Shown: positions 1 to 10,993 of the stretch, piece by piece
Numbering within the stretch: the stretch's first letter is position 1
How the letters are laid out: each line of letters starts with the position of its first letter
Assembly (NCBI GenBank): GCA_977017645.1
Contig: OZ360222.1
Location: forward strand, 230,330,001 to 230,394,000
Length of the DNA stretch: 64,000 nucleotides
Source of the DNA: Torpedo marmorata
Lineage: Eukaryota
Reading direction: 5' to 3'
The notes under the pieces: generated by a model
The model's input: only the letters and a program-made list of their open reading frames with translations
Databases searched by the model: none
Told to the model about the DNA's origin: nothing
Position numbers and translations under genes: made by a program

Positions 1-619
1 TTGAGATCCCACGACTACGGGGTGTGCGCCCAAGATGGCAGCGCCTATTAATCGGCAGCAGCCACGAGGGGCTGCAGACTCCGGGGAAGCAGAGGACTGG
101 AGCAGGGCACCAGACAACGGAAAGATCACCCCCCCCCCCATCTGAGAAAGAGAAGCGGAGGAAACGACCCACGGGACGGTGACCACAGCGGTGGACCAGT
201 GAGGGGCTCTGAGGCTGAAGGACCAGTGCATGCAGCAGGCTGCTGCCGCAGACTTGAGGCGAGGAACCAGCGGAGGCTGTGGGCTGCTGGAGACTGCTGT
301 CGGGAGACTCGTGCTGGGCTGCGGACTGCTGGAGACTGGCTCGATCTGGCTGGAGGAGTACCAGGTATCGGAACCGTGATGCGAGGGGGTGCCGAGGGCG
401 CCAAAGGGTTCCTGACCATGTCGGAGGTTCGGATCTGGAGCTCGGGTTGCCGATGGTTTGGACTGGACTCTGTGTGGCTGCAGAGACTGCGGAAGCACTG
501 GAGGCAAATCTGCGGAAACTCGGTGACTCTGGGGGGGACTCTCTTTTGCTTCTCTTTTTCTGACTGTAAGGAATGTTAGAGGCGCTTAGGCAGTTTCTGC
601 CAGTGGCGAATCTGTCTGC
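1..619 (+). mobile_element. Copy 1 (5' part outside window) of an ~820-bp GC-rich non-coding dispersed repeat; 3' tail resumes at 1483-1543 after a CR1 insertion
   Basis: Near-identical to 5281-6105 and 46865-47703 (caagatggcagcgcc...tctgactgtaaggaatgttagaggcgcttagg); tail aaaaagaaatttcatgtaatatgacac...aataaattgaatcttgaat at 1483-1543. Confidence 0.8.
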
Positions 620-1482
620 TCTTGTCAAAGATTGCAGAGGGATTTGAACTGCTTAGAGGAGTGGGCTGAAAGATGGCAGATGGAGTTTAATGCTGATAAG
701 TGTGAGGTGCTTCATTTTGGAAAGAATAATCAAAGCAAGACATACGTAGTAAATGGGAGGGCATTGAAGAATGCAGTGGAGCAGAGAGATCTAGGAATAA
801 CGGTGCATTGTTCCGATCGCATGTGGATAGGGTGGTGAAGAAGGCCTTTAGTATGCTTGCCTATATAAATTAATGCATAGAATATAGGAGTTGGGAAGTG
901 ATGCTGAAACTGTACAAGGCATTGGTGAGGCCAAATTTGGAGTACTGTGTGCAGTTCTGGTCACCGAATTATAGGAAGGATATCAACAAAATAGAGAGAG
1001 TGCAGAGAAGATTTACAAGAATGTTGCCTGGGTTTCAGCATCTGGAATACAAAGAAAGATTGAACAAATTAGGTCTTTATTCGTTGGAACGTAGAAGGCT
1101 GAGAGGAGATTTGATAGAGGTATTTAAGATTATGAGGGGGATAGATAGAGTTGATGTGGATAGACTTTTTCCATTGAGAGTAGGAGAGATGGATACAAGA
1201 GGTCATGGGTTGAGGGTTGACGGGAAAAGGTTCAGGAGTAACATGAGGGGGAACTTCTTTACTCAGAGAGTGGTTGATGTGTGGAATGGGCTTCCGGGAG
1301 AGGTGGTGGAGGCAGGGTCAATTCTGCCTTTTAAGGAAAAATTGGATAGGTATATGGATGGGAGGGGAATGGAGGGATATGGGAAGGGTGCTGGTAGGTG
1401 GGATTAGAGGAGGGTACTTGGATCAGTGCGGACTAGAAGGGCCGAACTGGCCTGTTTCCGTGCTGTAGTTGTTATATGGTTA
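620..1482 (+). mobile_element. CR1 LINE 3' fragment (RT C-terminus plus 3' UTR)
   Basis: ORFs 632-838 and 898-1407: QRDL..L.EWAERWQMEFNADKCEVLHFG, LYKALVRPNLEYCVQFWSP, LERRRLRGDLIEVFK, TRGH, FFTQRVV..WN.LP. Confidence 0.92.
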
Positions 1483-1593
1483 AAAAGAAATTTCATGTAA
1501 TATGACACTGTTTTATTACTATGATAATAAATTGAATCTTGAATGTTCGGTGCAAATGTATCGGCTGAAGGGCCTGCTCCTGTGCTGTTCCAT

Positions 1594-1606
<13 letters not shown>

Positions 1607-1663
<57 letters not shown>
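1607..1663. repeat. (TA)n microsatellite preceded by (CT)n
   Basis: Direct reading; flanks the 3' end of the Penelope-like fragment. Confidence 0.95.
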
Positions 1664-1666
<3 letters not shown>

Positions 1667-2412
1667 TTTAGGTAAGGTTGATCTTCACTATAAAATAGTG
1701 CTCAACACGTAATGTGGAGCTAAATAAATAAGTAAACAGAAAAGCACACTACTCACATGTGCCCGACAAGCTTGTTTCGTGGATCTTTCCACTCTTCAGG
1801 GGTAGTTGCTGTAAGGGATACCTCGGTTATATAGTAAGGGGTCTGGTATGTGAGTCAAATTAGGTGTTAATGGTAGACAGTGGTGTTTTGTTCAATTGGT
1901 GCCGAGTATTTAATTGCTGCATAGCAATGCTTTGTTTCTGTGTGGACATGAAGCTCCTAGTTCATTACGCTTGTTTAGGGATGATATGTTGGTGTTGCAA
2001 ATAATTAGAAGCTTTTCTTTCAAGCAGAGGTTGCATCGCTTGCTAGAACTATTGTATGCAGGGTTTGATGAAAGTATGTTCCATGAGAGGGAATAGTCTA
2101 TGTTTTCGTCCTTTAGTTTCCAAATATGTTTACTGAGTTCCGTTGCGTTCCTGTGTTTCTTGTGGCGGAATGAGGCAGTGTGGTTATTATATCTTGTTTT
2201 GAACGTGTTTTCTGTTAGTCCAATATATGTTTCGGTGGTATTGTTGTCCTTGCGGGTTACGGTGGCTTGATAGATTACCGATGATTGAAGGCACTTGCCG
2301 TTGAGTGGGCATTTTGCCTTAGGTCGGCAGTTACACATTTGATTCCTTGTTTCGTTAATGTTATGATTTTTTAGTTGGTATAAGATACGCTTATTGTGGT
2401 TGTCGATTATTT
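1664..2412 (-). mobile_element. 5'-truncated Penelope-like element with C-terminal GIY-YIG endonuclease (Hydra-clade-like), embedded between (TA)n tracts
   Basis: ORF 1910-2518: CNCRPKAKCPLNGKC (CxCx5C), VIY..TYIGLT..FKTRYNNH, C-terminal CNLC..E..LN.R.E..CPH; hammerhead in 3' UTR; (TA)n on both sides. Confidence 0.8.
1762..1802 (-). ncRNA. Minimal type I hammerhead ribozyme in the Penelope-like 3' UTR/pLTR
   Basis: Minus strand reads ccc-CTGAAGA-gtgga-aaga-tccac-GAAAC-aagctt-GTC-ggg: intact core, helix II GTGGA/TCCAC, palindromic helix III, GUC cleavage triplet, helix I ccc/ggg. Confidence 0.8.
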
Positions 2413-2463
2413 TGTGTGTGTGTGATATATATATATATATATATATTGTGTGTGTGTATGTGT

Positions 2464-2502
<39 letters not shown>

Positions 2503-2510
2503 ACACACAC
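2413..2510. repeat. (TG)n/(TA)n/(CA)n compound microsatellite
   Basis: Direct reading. Confidence 0.9.
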
Positions 2511-2934
2511 AAAAACATGTTTGAAAGTCAGAGATCACTCATTTTTTGTCACACTATGTATAATTCAGGTCATAGTAATAATTGAGCAACTGTCACTCTA
2601 GCAACTGATTTTGGCAATACAATATCACCATTTCATTGCAGCTATGTTTGGGAATGTTTCCAGTGATGTCAATTATAAGTAAATCTGCAACTGGCCTTTG
2701 AATAAGATGATCATCCTGATTAAGAGGCATGTATATTTCGTTGTTGAAAGGATATTGACAAGTAAGACCCCTCGGGCGTAGCATTCAGGATATCCTGAAT
2801 TCAATGGATAAGTAACTGATTCTGATTTGTTTGATACTTGGGATGTTGACAATGGAACTTGAGAATTCAGTTGATAATACCCTGAAACATTTTAAAATCT
2901 TGAAACTACATGCACTTTTTTGCATTTAATACAG

Positions 2935-3011
2935 GTATTGCTGTATGCATTGGAATGGCCAGCACTTTTGCTTATGCGAATTTAACAGTTAAACATCAAG
3001 TTTCTTTAAGA
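2935..3011 (+). CDS. RNFT2: RNFT2 internal coding exon (GIAVCIGMASTFAYANLTVKHQVSLR)
   Basis: AG at 2933-2934, GTAAGT at 3012; transmembrane-like peptide resembling RNFT2; phase compatible with next exon. Earlier exons are upstream of the window. Confidence 0.88.
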
Positions 3012-5084
3012 GTAAGTATTTCATCCTCAGTACCATTTCATTTTCTTTGCTCATTCTATAGGATAGGTTTTTTTAAATATTCTTCCCAAAAGCATGTTCT
3101 AATTCCTTTTAGTTTTCACTCTTTGCCTTTTGTGCTATATTATTCTGCATTTGAAGAAAAGCGCAGCAAAAGTTGCTCTCCATTCATTCTTTGGGCCTGC
3201 AACAGTCAGTGAGGAAATGATTGTAAAGTTATATGTATCTGACTTGCTGCACTAAACCTCAAGGTTCCTCAGGTTAGTTCCTTAATTGTGTGACTTCTAA
3301 TGTAAGTAGCGTATCGTGAGATCTACAGTGAAACAGTACAAGATGGAAGTGAATACACTTGCTGTTCTTTACTATGCACATTTGGAAAAACTGCATTAGG
3401 TTCAGATTTATCCTTTTTATGATTTATTACCAGATTTGCATTGTGTTCATTACTTGACTGCAGCTAAATTTGACAATTTTGCCTAGGGTAGGGTTGTGTT
3501 AAGACTGGCTTCCTTTCAGTAGCTTACCCAAATTGCAGTCCTTATCTGAGCCAAGACAGCGAGTCTTGACAAGCTGTTCATCTTTCGGAAAGCATAACAA
3601 CAGAGTCCACTCTCTCCTCAATCAACATCCACACAAGCAGTTTCCAGCAGGACCACAGGATAGCTATCAAGAGTGGGAACCTTGCCTATTTCTCCTCTCA
3701 TTTGTGTTTCCCTATGGCCATGCTGCATGAGATCAAGTAATTTGGCACAGACAGGGTTTGTATCTAATCACACAGGTTATTACAGTTCACATTCTATTCA
3801 GAGTTCCTCCTCCTAACATTTTGCAGAGGAAGAAAATTAATCATGTGACAGTGTTGCTTTCTCTTAATTTCTCATTGATTTATTAGTTGCAAACTTTGTG
3901 GTAATTTTAACTGAGTAATGAATTCTTTAACAATCAACATGATCATAGACCAAATACATTAAATATCCTAAAACTGAGGTTCCTTTAGTGCCATCTGATT
4001 TTAAATAAAGTGTAAAATGCAGTAACATTGCTTTATGTTGATTTATAAAAAAATTGAGATTGCAGAGCATTTTATAGTGAAGAATATTGCCTTCCTTGGT
4101 GCGATCACTCTTATAAATCAGTTCAGCAATTTTTCCTTGCATTCAGAGACCTGAGTGAGATCACTGTATTTTCAATTCTTCTTAAGTAATTTTATGTATA
4201 TAAAATGAAATGTCATGTAATGCTTTTGCTGTTTGCACTCATCTTGTATTGCACTTTCCAATTAATCTAAAGGGCTGACTAATGACATTAAAAGGATTGC
4301 TTGACAGTTACTACTCATGAGTCCACTTCTGCCTTAAAAATTGTATTTATTTGTTCTTTTAGTATCCCATAAATTGGATTTTATTTTCACACACTCAAGC
4401 CATTGCCACCTGCATCCACCCCAGAGATGTATCCATAGACCTACCCCTATCATTCCCTGACACCCTTTGTGACCACTTTTGCATGTGTACATTGACAATA
4501 AACAGCTCTGACTCACTACCTCCCTCTCCTCTCTTTTCAAGTCCATCTGTATTGTTGGACCTCAAAGCTTGGATGATTTTGTTTTTTCTCCAGCGCAGAG
4601 TTGGGAAAGTTAGATATATCAACTTCAGCATGCAGAAAAATCTGCATTCGCTTGTCACTGATTCCATTCTCTCCCTAACCACTGCCTGAGATTGTATAAG
4701 ACTGTCAACCACGTCATTATCCGAAAGAAGGAAGTGAGCATTTTTTGCATTCTCCAATGCAAAAATACATCTCTGACCGCAGAGGTGATGCAACCAAGTC
4801 ATCTTACCTACTACTGAAACCCTTAATCATACCTGTAGCAACACAATGTTCAACTGAATGATCATCTGGCATTCTGTCCTTCGCCTGTCAACTTCTCTTT
4901 ACCTAATGATCTGCACCTGCCACACATCAAATTCTGTCCTGCGGTGACTCCTGTTCTTGCTAACCTACAAATGCTTTCAATTCTCAAATTTTAAAAAAAT
5001 ATTTAAATCTATTTATTGCATTATTCCTCTTATTTCCTCTAAACACAAATTCCCCTCACTTTCCAGCTCATTATTCCTCCAACT

Positions 5085-5270
5085 AGGGTGTCAGAGGAGA
5101 TGTCAGGGGTAGGTTTTTTACGCAGAGAGTGGTGGGTGCGTGGAATGGGCTGCCGGCAACGGTGGTGGAGGCGGATACGTTAGGGTCTTTTAAGAGACTT
5201 TTGGATAGGTACATGGAGCTTAGGAAAATAGAGGGCTATGGGAAAGCCTAGTAATATCTAAGGTAGGGAC
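5085..5270 (+). mobile_element. Short CR1 3'-end fragment
   Basis: tttttacgcagagagtggtgggtgcgtggaatgggctgcc = FFTQRVVGAWNGLP. Confidence 0.75.
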
Positions 5271-5280
5271 ATATAAGGTA

Positions 5281-6105
5281 GGCACTGCCGGAGCCGCTGT
5301 AGCGGCAGCGCTGCCACTGGTGCGGACCCGCGGGGAGCAAGGGAGCGGAGATGCAGCACTCCCGCGGGGTCAAGCCGCCCAGTCGACTGCCGTCGGCTCC
5401 GCACAGGCTTTGAACGACCCGTTGAGGGAGCCGATGGTGGTTTTATTTGAGATCCCGCAGGTGCAGGGTCTGCGCCCAAGATGGCAGCGCCTATTAATCG
5501 GCAGCAGCCACGAGGGGCTGCAGACTCTGGGGAAGCGGAGGACTAGAGCAGGGCACCAGAGGACGGAAAGATCACCCCCCACCCCGTCTGAGAAGGAGAA
5601 GCGGAGGAGACGACCGTGTGGCAGACCAGTGATGGGCTCTGAGGCTGAAGGACTAGTGCATGCGGCGGGCTGCTGGCGACTGGAGGCGAGGAACCCGTGG
5701 AGGCTGTGGGCTGCTGGAGACTGCTGTCGGGAGACTCGCGCCGGGCTGCGGACTGCTGGAGGCTGGCTCGAACTGGCTGGAGGAGTACCAGGTATCGCAA
5801 CCGGGATGCAAGGGGGTGCCGAAGGGTTCCTGAACGTGTCGGAGGTTCGGATCTGAAGTTCGGGTTGCCGGTGGCTTGGACTAGACTCAGTGTGGCTGCG
5901 GAAGCGCTGGAGGCGAATCTACGGACACTCGGTGACTCTGGGGGGACTCTCTTTTGCTTCTCTTTCTCTGACTGTAAGGAATGTTAGAGGCGCTTAGGCA
6001 ATTTCTGCCGGTGGCGAATCTGTCTGCCTTGCAGCAGGCAAAAAGAAATTTCATGTAATATGACACTGTTTTATTACTATGACAATAAATTGAATCTTGT
6101 TCTTG
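5281..6105 (+). mobile_element. Copy 2 (apparently full length) of the ~820-bp GC-rich non-coding repeat
   Basis: Starts ggcactgccggagccgctgt, ends atgacaataaattgaatcttg; high identity to 46865-47703. Confidence 0.8.
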
Positions 6106-6419
6106 TTCCTTCATTCCTCACTTTCTTCACCCAAATGCTTGGTAAAGATAACTTCAGCTAACTAGGTCCTATGTTTCTCTACCCTCTCCTCCATCATAAA
6201 GACCATTCGACATTTGACAAAATTACCCCTGCTTAATATTTTCTTTCGTTCTTTTTTAAAAATACCATATAAATGCAGATTATCCCATATTTAACAGGAG
6301 ATTTACATTGAGCAAAGTATAGAATAATCCTTGGGGGGAGAAAAAAGTAACAGCCTCAAGAGCTTATTTTAAAATAAAGATTCAATGTTTTTAATGGCAC
6401 TGTTGTCTTATTCCAACAG

Positions 6420-6520
6420 GAAAAAAGATCAGTATTTGCAACCCTGTGGATATTGGTGTTCCTCACAGGGAACACATTGTTTTTATATTACACTTTCAGT
6501 GCCCAGGAACTCTATAAGAG
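6420..6520 (+). CDS. RNFT2: RNFT2 coding exon (EKRSVFATLWILVFLTGNTLFLYYTFSAQELYKS)
   Basis: ttccaacAG acceptor, GTAAGA donor at 6521; 101 nt keeps frame; hydrophobic TM segment. Not in the ORF track. Confidence 0.87.
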
Positions 6521-6984
6521 GTAAGATGTTTATGTACAATGTTTTCTTTGAAATGTGATAATTTTGTGTTATTATTTTGAAGCTATTCACTTTCAGTCTG
6601 TCTGTCCATCTTGTAGGCTTGGCATGTATTGTCCATCCTTAGATCTCCTGAAAGGGTGATAGTGAGCCTCGTTGATTTGCACTTGTTGCTGGCATACAAA
6701 GCAACATCTGAGGTAGAGTTGTTGGTGTAGGACTGGAGTCATGTAAACTTCGGATAATGTGAGAGTAGTGGGTAAATTTTCCTAAAGTACATAACTTACT
6801 GAGCTGATTACTAACTGAAGCATTAATGCCTTGTTTGCATTTTGAATTCTGCATCACTGCAAACAGGGACCTCAGTATTGATCCATTTTCAATCATTGTT
6901 TATCCATTTATCAAGCTCTGAATTCATAATTCATTAGATGGAATGATAAATAAAGAGGGTGTACTAAAAGGTAGGTGATGAAAG

Positions 6985-8400
6985 TGGAAAAGTCATCCCT
7001 TCGAGATGAAATGCATAGTCAATATTACTAAAGAAGTCAAAGTGAAAATTGCAGACAGCGCGACTACATTTTTCCAGACCTCTTTGCACGTAGGAGAATG
7101 ACAGGATTGTAAATGCTACATTGTTGTTTAAGAATGAAGACCAGGATAAAACCTGGCAGCTCCAGGCCAGTCAGCATATCAACAGTGGTGGGAAACGTTC
7201 AATATGTAATCCAGGATAAATTAAATTGGTATTTGGAAAAGTATGTCTTAATTTATATAAAACTGCAGATTTTGTTTAAAAGCAAATTGCATTTGATAAA
7301 TTTGATAAAGCCCTTTGAGGTAAAGGAAAGAGGCAATGAAGACAGTGGCTGATGCATAAATGGACAATCCAAAGGTGTTAGATTTATTTGTTAATAAAGT
7401 AGAAGTACAGTATGTGGAGTTGCAGAGGCAGTGTCTGTGGTATGAATGGGCTTAGGGACAAAAACCAGAACTGTGTTTGCAGTTGAGAGACCTACATACT
7501 GATGTTGCCAGTATTTAGATTGGAGCCATTGCTCAATTTGCTATTACTTAATGACTTGGACATTAATTGCATAGTATACAGACATAATTTTAACATTTGT
7601 TGATGAAACAAAATGTAGATCTAGAGTAGTCAATGAGAAGTATGAATCCAAAGATGTAGACAAAGCAACTACCAACACTGAAAAGTGAAAATGGTTTCAT
7701 TCTGATGGTAAATGAAGCAAGGCAAATAAAAACCATATAGTTCAAAGTTCAGATTTATTGTCAGAGTACATACATGACAGTATTAAAGAAGTAGAAGACA
7801 AAACTGCTCAAGGCTTCAGGACGCAGCCTCCTCGGGATGCATGTGTGAATCTTTGAAGGTGGTATGGCAAGTTGAGAAGGCTGCTTGAAAAGGATTTGAC
7901 TTCCTTGAGTATACTTGGACATCTGGAGTTCAAAAGCAAGGAACTTATAGTGAGCTTTGTGCTATTAAAAAAGAACCCCTAGCTGTAGTTTTGTATCCAA
8001 TTTCAGGCATTGCATTTTTGGAAGGATGTGTAGGTGTCAGATTTAAAAGAATCCTCTCAGAGATGAAATCTTCATTTTAGTGGTGAGACTAAAGATATTG
8101 GAATGGTTCTCCTTAAGCCAAATAAGGTTAGCACATGATTTGATGAGATGTATAAAATCATAATTGCATAAATAAGGAGATAATGTTGAAAGTGACAAAG
8201 AATTGCCAAAAGAACCAAAGTGAAATGAAAAAAAGAAAATATACCATAAGTGACTATAATCTAGAATGGATTCCACAGTGCAGTGAAAGAAAGATTTTAA
8301 AAAAGAATTAAATAAATACTTGGAATGGAAATATTTAAGGACCAAAGGAAAGAACAGTGTGATTTCAGTCACTACAAGCTAGTCATTTTAACCTCAATGG
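6985..8400 (+). mobile_element. Highly decayed CR1 LINE remnants; the last piece is split by the LTR element and continues at 11201
   Basis: Degenerate RPVSISTVVG (7160-7190), FVDETK (7597-7612); 8373-8400 joined to 11201 reads YKLVILTSMVGMLLKTLIQDRI (CR1 YRPVSLTSVVGKLLE.II). Confidence 0.7.
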
Positions 8401-8547
8401 TGTCGTGTATTTTCCCTTTGAAAATAACCTCACTCGAGAGAAGCTGTAAGCATCTTTATTCGTGCCAAGATGGCACCAAACTGAACCTCCCCATACAATG
8501 TAACTCCGTGTATATGACGTCACGCGCACTTGCGCGTTCCCATAACA
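8401..8547 (-). repeat. 3' LTR (147 bp, TGTTAT...ACGACA)
   Basis: Immediately follows PPT GAGGGGGAAGAG; contains TGACGTCA (8515-8522), GGTGCCATCTTGG and AATAAA; about 95% identical to 10994-11135. Confidence 0.88.
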
Positions 8548-8559
8548 CTCTTCCCCCTC
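8548..8559 (-). other. Polypurine tract
   Basis: Minus strand GAGGGGGAAGAG directly before the TGT of the 3' LTR. Confidence 0.85.
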
Positions 8560-9344
8560 AAAAAAAAATGTTTTGTGCTTACTGGTAAATAGGTATAAAG
8601 TTAAATTTAACTATGTTAACACTACAGAGAATTTAAGCACAACTTCCACTAATCATGTTAACTATAGATCCCGCGCTACCTAACTTAAAATGTATTAACT
8701 GGAAACATACAAAGTCTTTAAGTCACCGCCCATAATCTTTGCGATGTACTGAATAAAGTATTTAAGTCACTGCACATTGTCTTTTAAATGTACTGGAGGG
8801 TGTCTTTCTCTCTTGGATCTTCTCGGGGATGAAGAACACTGAACCAGAGTACGACTTTCCAACTTTTTTGGAGGTTTGTTGAGGAGGTTTAATTTCCAAA
8901 GAATCATCCTCTTCACCTCGATCCTCTATCGATCCTTCTCGTCTGTTTGGTAAATTGTGAATGGTTATCTCCATCTTGTGTTCTTGAAGCTCTCCTTCCT
9001 CCAGTGAGTCTCGCTTAGATTCCCTGTCATCCAAGTTTTTCAAACGTTTCCCATCAACCTTTTTCTCCTGTTCTCGCCGTTTCTGCCTTTCCCGTTCTCT
9101 ATGTGCCTTATCTTGTTCCTCTCATTGCCGTTTCCTTCGCTCATGTTCCCTCTCTTTTTCCTTATCTTTATCCTTCCCTCTCGTGTTTTCCCATTTCTTT
9201 GCTCATTTCCTTGAAGATTTTTAAGTTCATCTCATCTGCCTTAAGTGCCCTGAAGACTTTAAATTCTTTGAGTTTCTTCGTAACAGTCTTCGTTTCCCAT
9301 GATTCATTTCTGAAGACTTCAGCTGAACGGCTTCGATGCCTTCG

Positions 9345-10301
9345 TTTTTCATCAGAAATCTTCAACCAGTCCCACAGGTTAATTAAAAAACACAAAATGC
9401 TGGAGAAACTCAGCAGGTCAAACAGTGTATTAAAGGGCTCAAGCCCGAAACGTCAGTTATGTATTTCTACCTTTGCTACATAAAAGACACTGTTTGACCT
9501 GCTGAGTTTCTCCAGCATTTTGTGTTTTTTACTTCAACCACGGTGTCTACAGATTTTCGTGTTTTACCACAGGTTAACTATTTGACTTCTCAGCTCTGAG
9601 CACTTTGCTTCATTCTGAGCCCTCTTCAACTCCAGCTGTTGAAGTAATGTTTTCAGGCCTATAATATTCTCATTGGACAGACAGAATGCATCCTCATCCT
9701 CACACACAATATCTCTCTCAAAGCTAGTGTCAGGCAGTAGATCAAGTTCATCCATGCACAAAATGATTTTTTTCTTCGTTTCTACAAACTCAGCCCTTCT
9801 GCGTTCCTTTTCTTCATTAAGTGAAGCAATGTGCTGACGAAATGCATCCAGCTGTTCAACACTGGGGACAGCATCCTAATCAATTGTTGTACACAATATA
9901 TCACAAAACTCTTCATCTTCCTCCTTAAGGCACTTTAATTTTGTCATCCTCTCTTTCTTCTCCTTCAAAAGAACCTCCAAACGTGTCCGCAAATCTTTTT
10001 CGATCTGCAGCATTGTGTAATCTTCTTCTGGCAGACATGCATCCAAACCGAGTTCCTGACACACTGCATGGAGCTCTTTCTGGCACACAGCAATGCTCTT
10101 TTTCAGCCGCTGCCATAAATTTTCTTCCTCTGCAATCATCATATCCAAAAGGCCCTTAATATGCCTTTTAACAACTTCTGTTCTTTGCAGTCTTTGATCT
10201 TCTGGAATTCCAATCTCTTCCCAGATATTTCGAAGATGGGAAAGTGCTGCATTGAGACAGGTGACTGACTCGCTGGTGAGTGCATCGCTTTTCTGCACCA
10301 T
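9345..10301 (-). pseudogene. PRC1: Intronless PRC1 (protein regulator of cytokinesis 1) retrocopy, about codons 1-255, one in-frame stop (9876-9878) and a Penelope-derived insertion
   Basis: MVQKSDALTSESVTCLNAALSHLRNIWEEIGIPEDQRLQRTEVVKRHIKGLLDMMIAEEE...KDLRT...*DAVPSVEQLDAFRQH...LCMDELDLLPDTSFERDIVCEDEDAFCLSNENI...RSQIVNLW|DWLKISDEKR matches the recalled vertebrate PRC1 N-terminus; no introns. Confidence 0.93.
9383..9566. mobile_element. Short Penelope-derived insertion with 44-bp inverted arms, inside the PRC1 copy
   Basis: 11-bp TSD CCACAGGTTAA (9372-9382, 9567-9577); inverted arms 9385-9428 and 9487-9530; hammerhead remnant gggctcaagcccgaaacgtc shared with 50560-50582. Confidence 0.82.
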
Positions 10302-10329
10302 CCTCCGGGCTGGCTGCGTTTGGCTTCGG

Positions 10330-10712
10330 CTGTCTGGCCCTGGGTGTCTGGCGGCTGGCTCCGTCTGTCCGGCCTCCATCTGGGCGTCTGGCCCCCGGCT
10401 GTTCAGACCCTCGCTGGGCGTCCTGCCCCGGCTGTCCCAGCGGTCCCTGTCCCGGCCCCTCTATGGGTGTCCTGTCCCCGGCTATTCGGCCCCTCTCTTG
10501 GCGTCTGGCCGCCGTTTGTTCGGCCCCTCGCTGGGCGTCCTGCCCCAGCGGTTCCGGCTGCTCGGCCCCTCTGTGGGCATCCTGTCCCCGGCTGTTCGGC
10601 CTCTCTCTTGGCATCTGGCCCCTGGCTGTCCCGGCCCTGGCTGTTCGGCCCCTCTCTTGGCGTCTGGCCCCTGGCTCTCCCGGCTGCCTGGCCCCTCTGA
10701 GGGCGTCCTGCT
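10330..10712. repeat. GC-rich imperfect tandem repeats inside the LTR element, upstream of PRC1
   Basis: Recurring ggctgttcggcccctc(tcttggcgtctggcc / gctgggcgtcctgcccc); followed by a (CT)-rich tract at 10713-10800. Confidence 0.85.
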
Positions 10713-10977
10713 CCCTTTCTCTCTCATTTTCTCCCTTTCTCTCTCCCTTTCTCTTTTTCTCTCTCTCACTTTCTCTTTTTCTCTTTTCTTACTTTTTTGT
10801 CGTCTTCCTCTCTAGTTTCTACCTTTTTTCCTGCTGCCGAGCATGTGCTTTCGTCTCGCTGCAGCTCGACGTCGTTCCTGTCGTCGTTCTTTTTTCAACA
10901 AATTTTCACCTCCGATATCCTTTTTACCCAAAATCCTGTAGATCCCATCGTCCGGAGTGTGGAATTATTATTTTTTT

Positions 10978-10990
10978 ATCCTCGTCGCCA
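10978..10990 (-). other. Primer-binding site complementary to the tRNA-Ser(GCU) 3' end
   Basis: Minus strand TGGCGACGAGGAT, 3 nt after the CA end of the 5' LTR; plus strand ATCCTCGTCGCCA equals the recalled 3' end of vertebrate tRNA-Ser(GCT) plus CCA. Confidence 0.82.
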
Positions 10991-10993
10991 CTT

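Noticed and set aside
126-579. ORFs ending FSFSDCKEC here and at 5697-5987 and 47270-47581
   Set aside because: Frames and lengths differ between copies of the same repeat; these look like chance ORFs in GC-rich non-coding sequence.
1910-2518. Stand-alone 202-aa protein or homing endonuclease gene
   Set aside because: The N-terminal part is translated microsatellite (YIYIYI); the rest is the truncated C-terminus of a Penelope-like ORF.
9345-10301. Functional PRC1 gene
   Set aside because: Truncated at about codon 255, with an in-frame stop and a TE insertion, no introns, and inside a mobile element.
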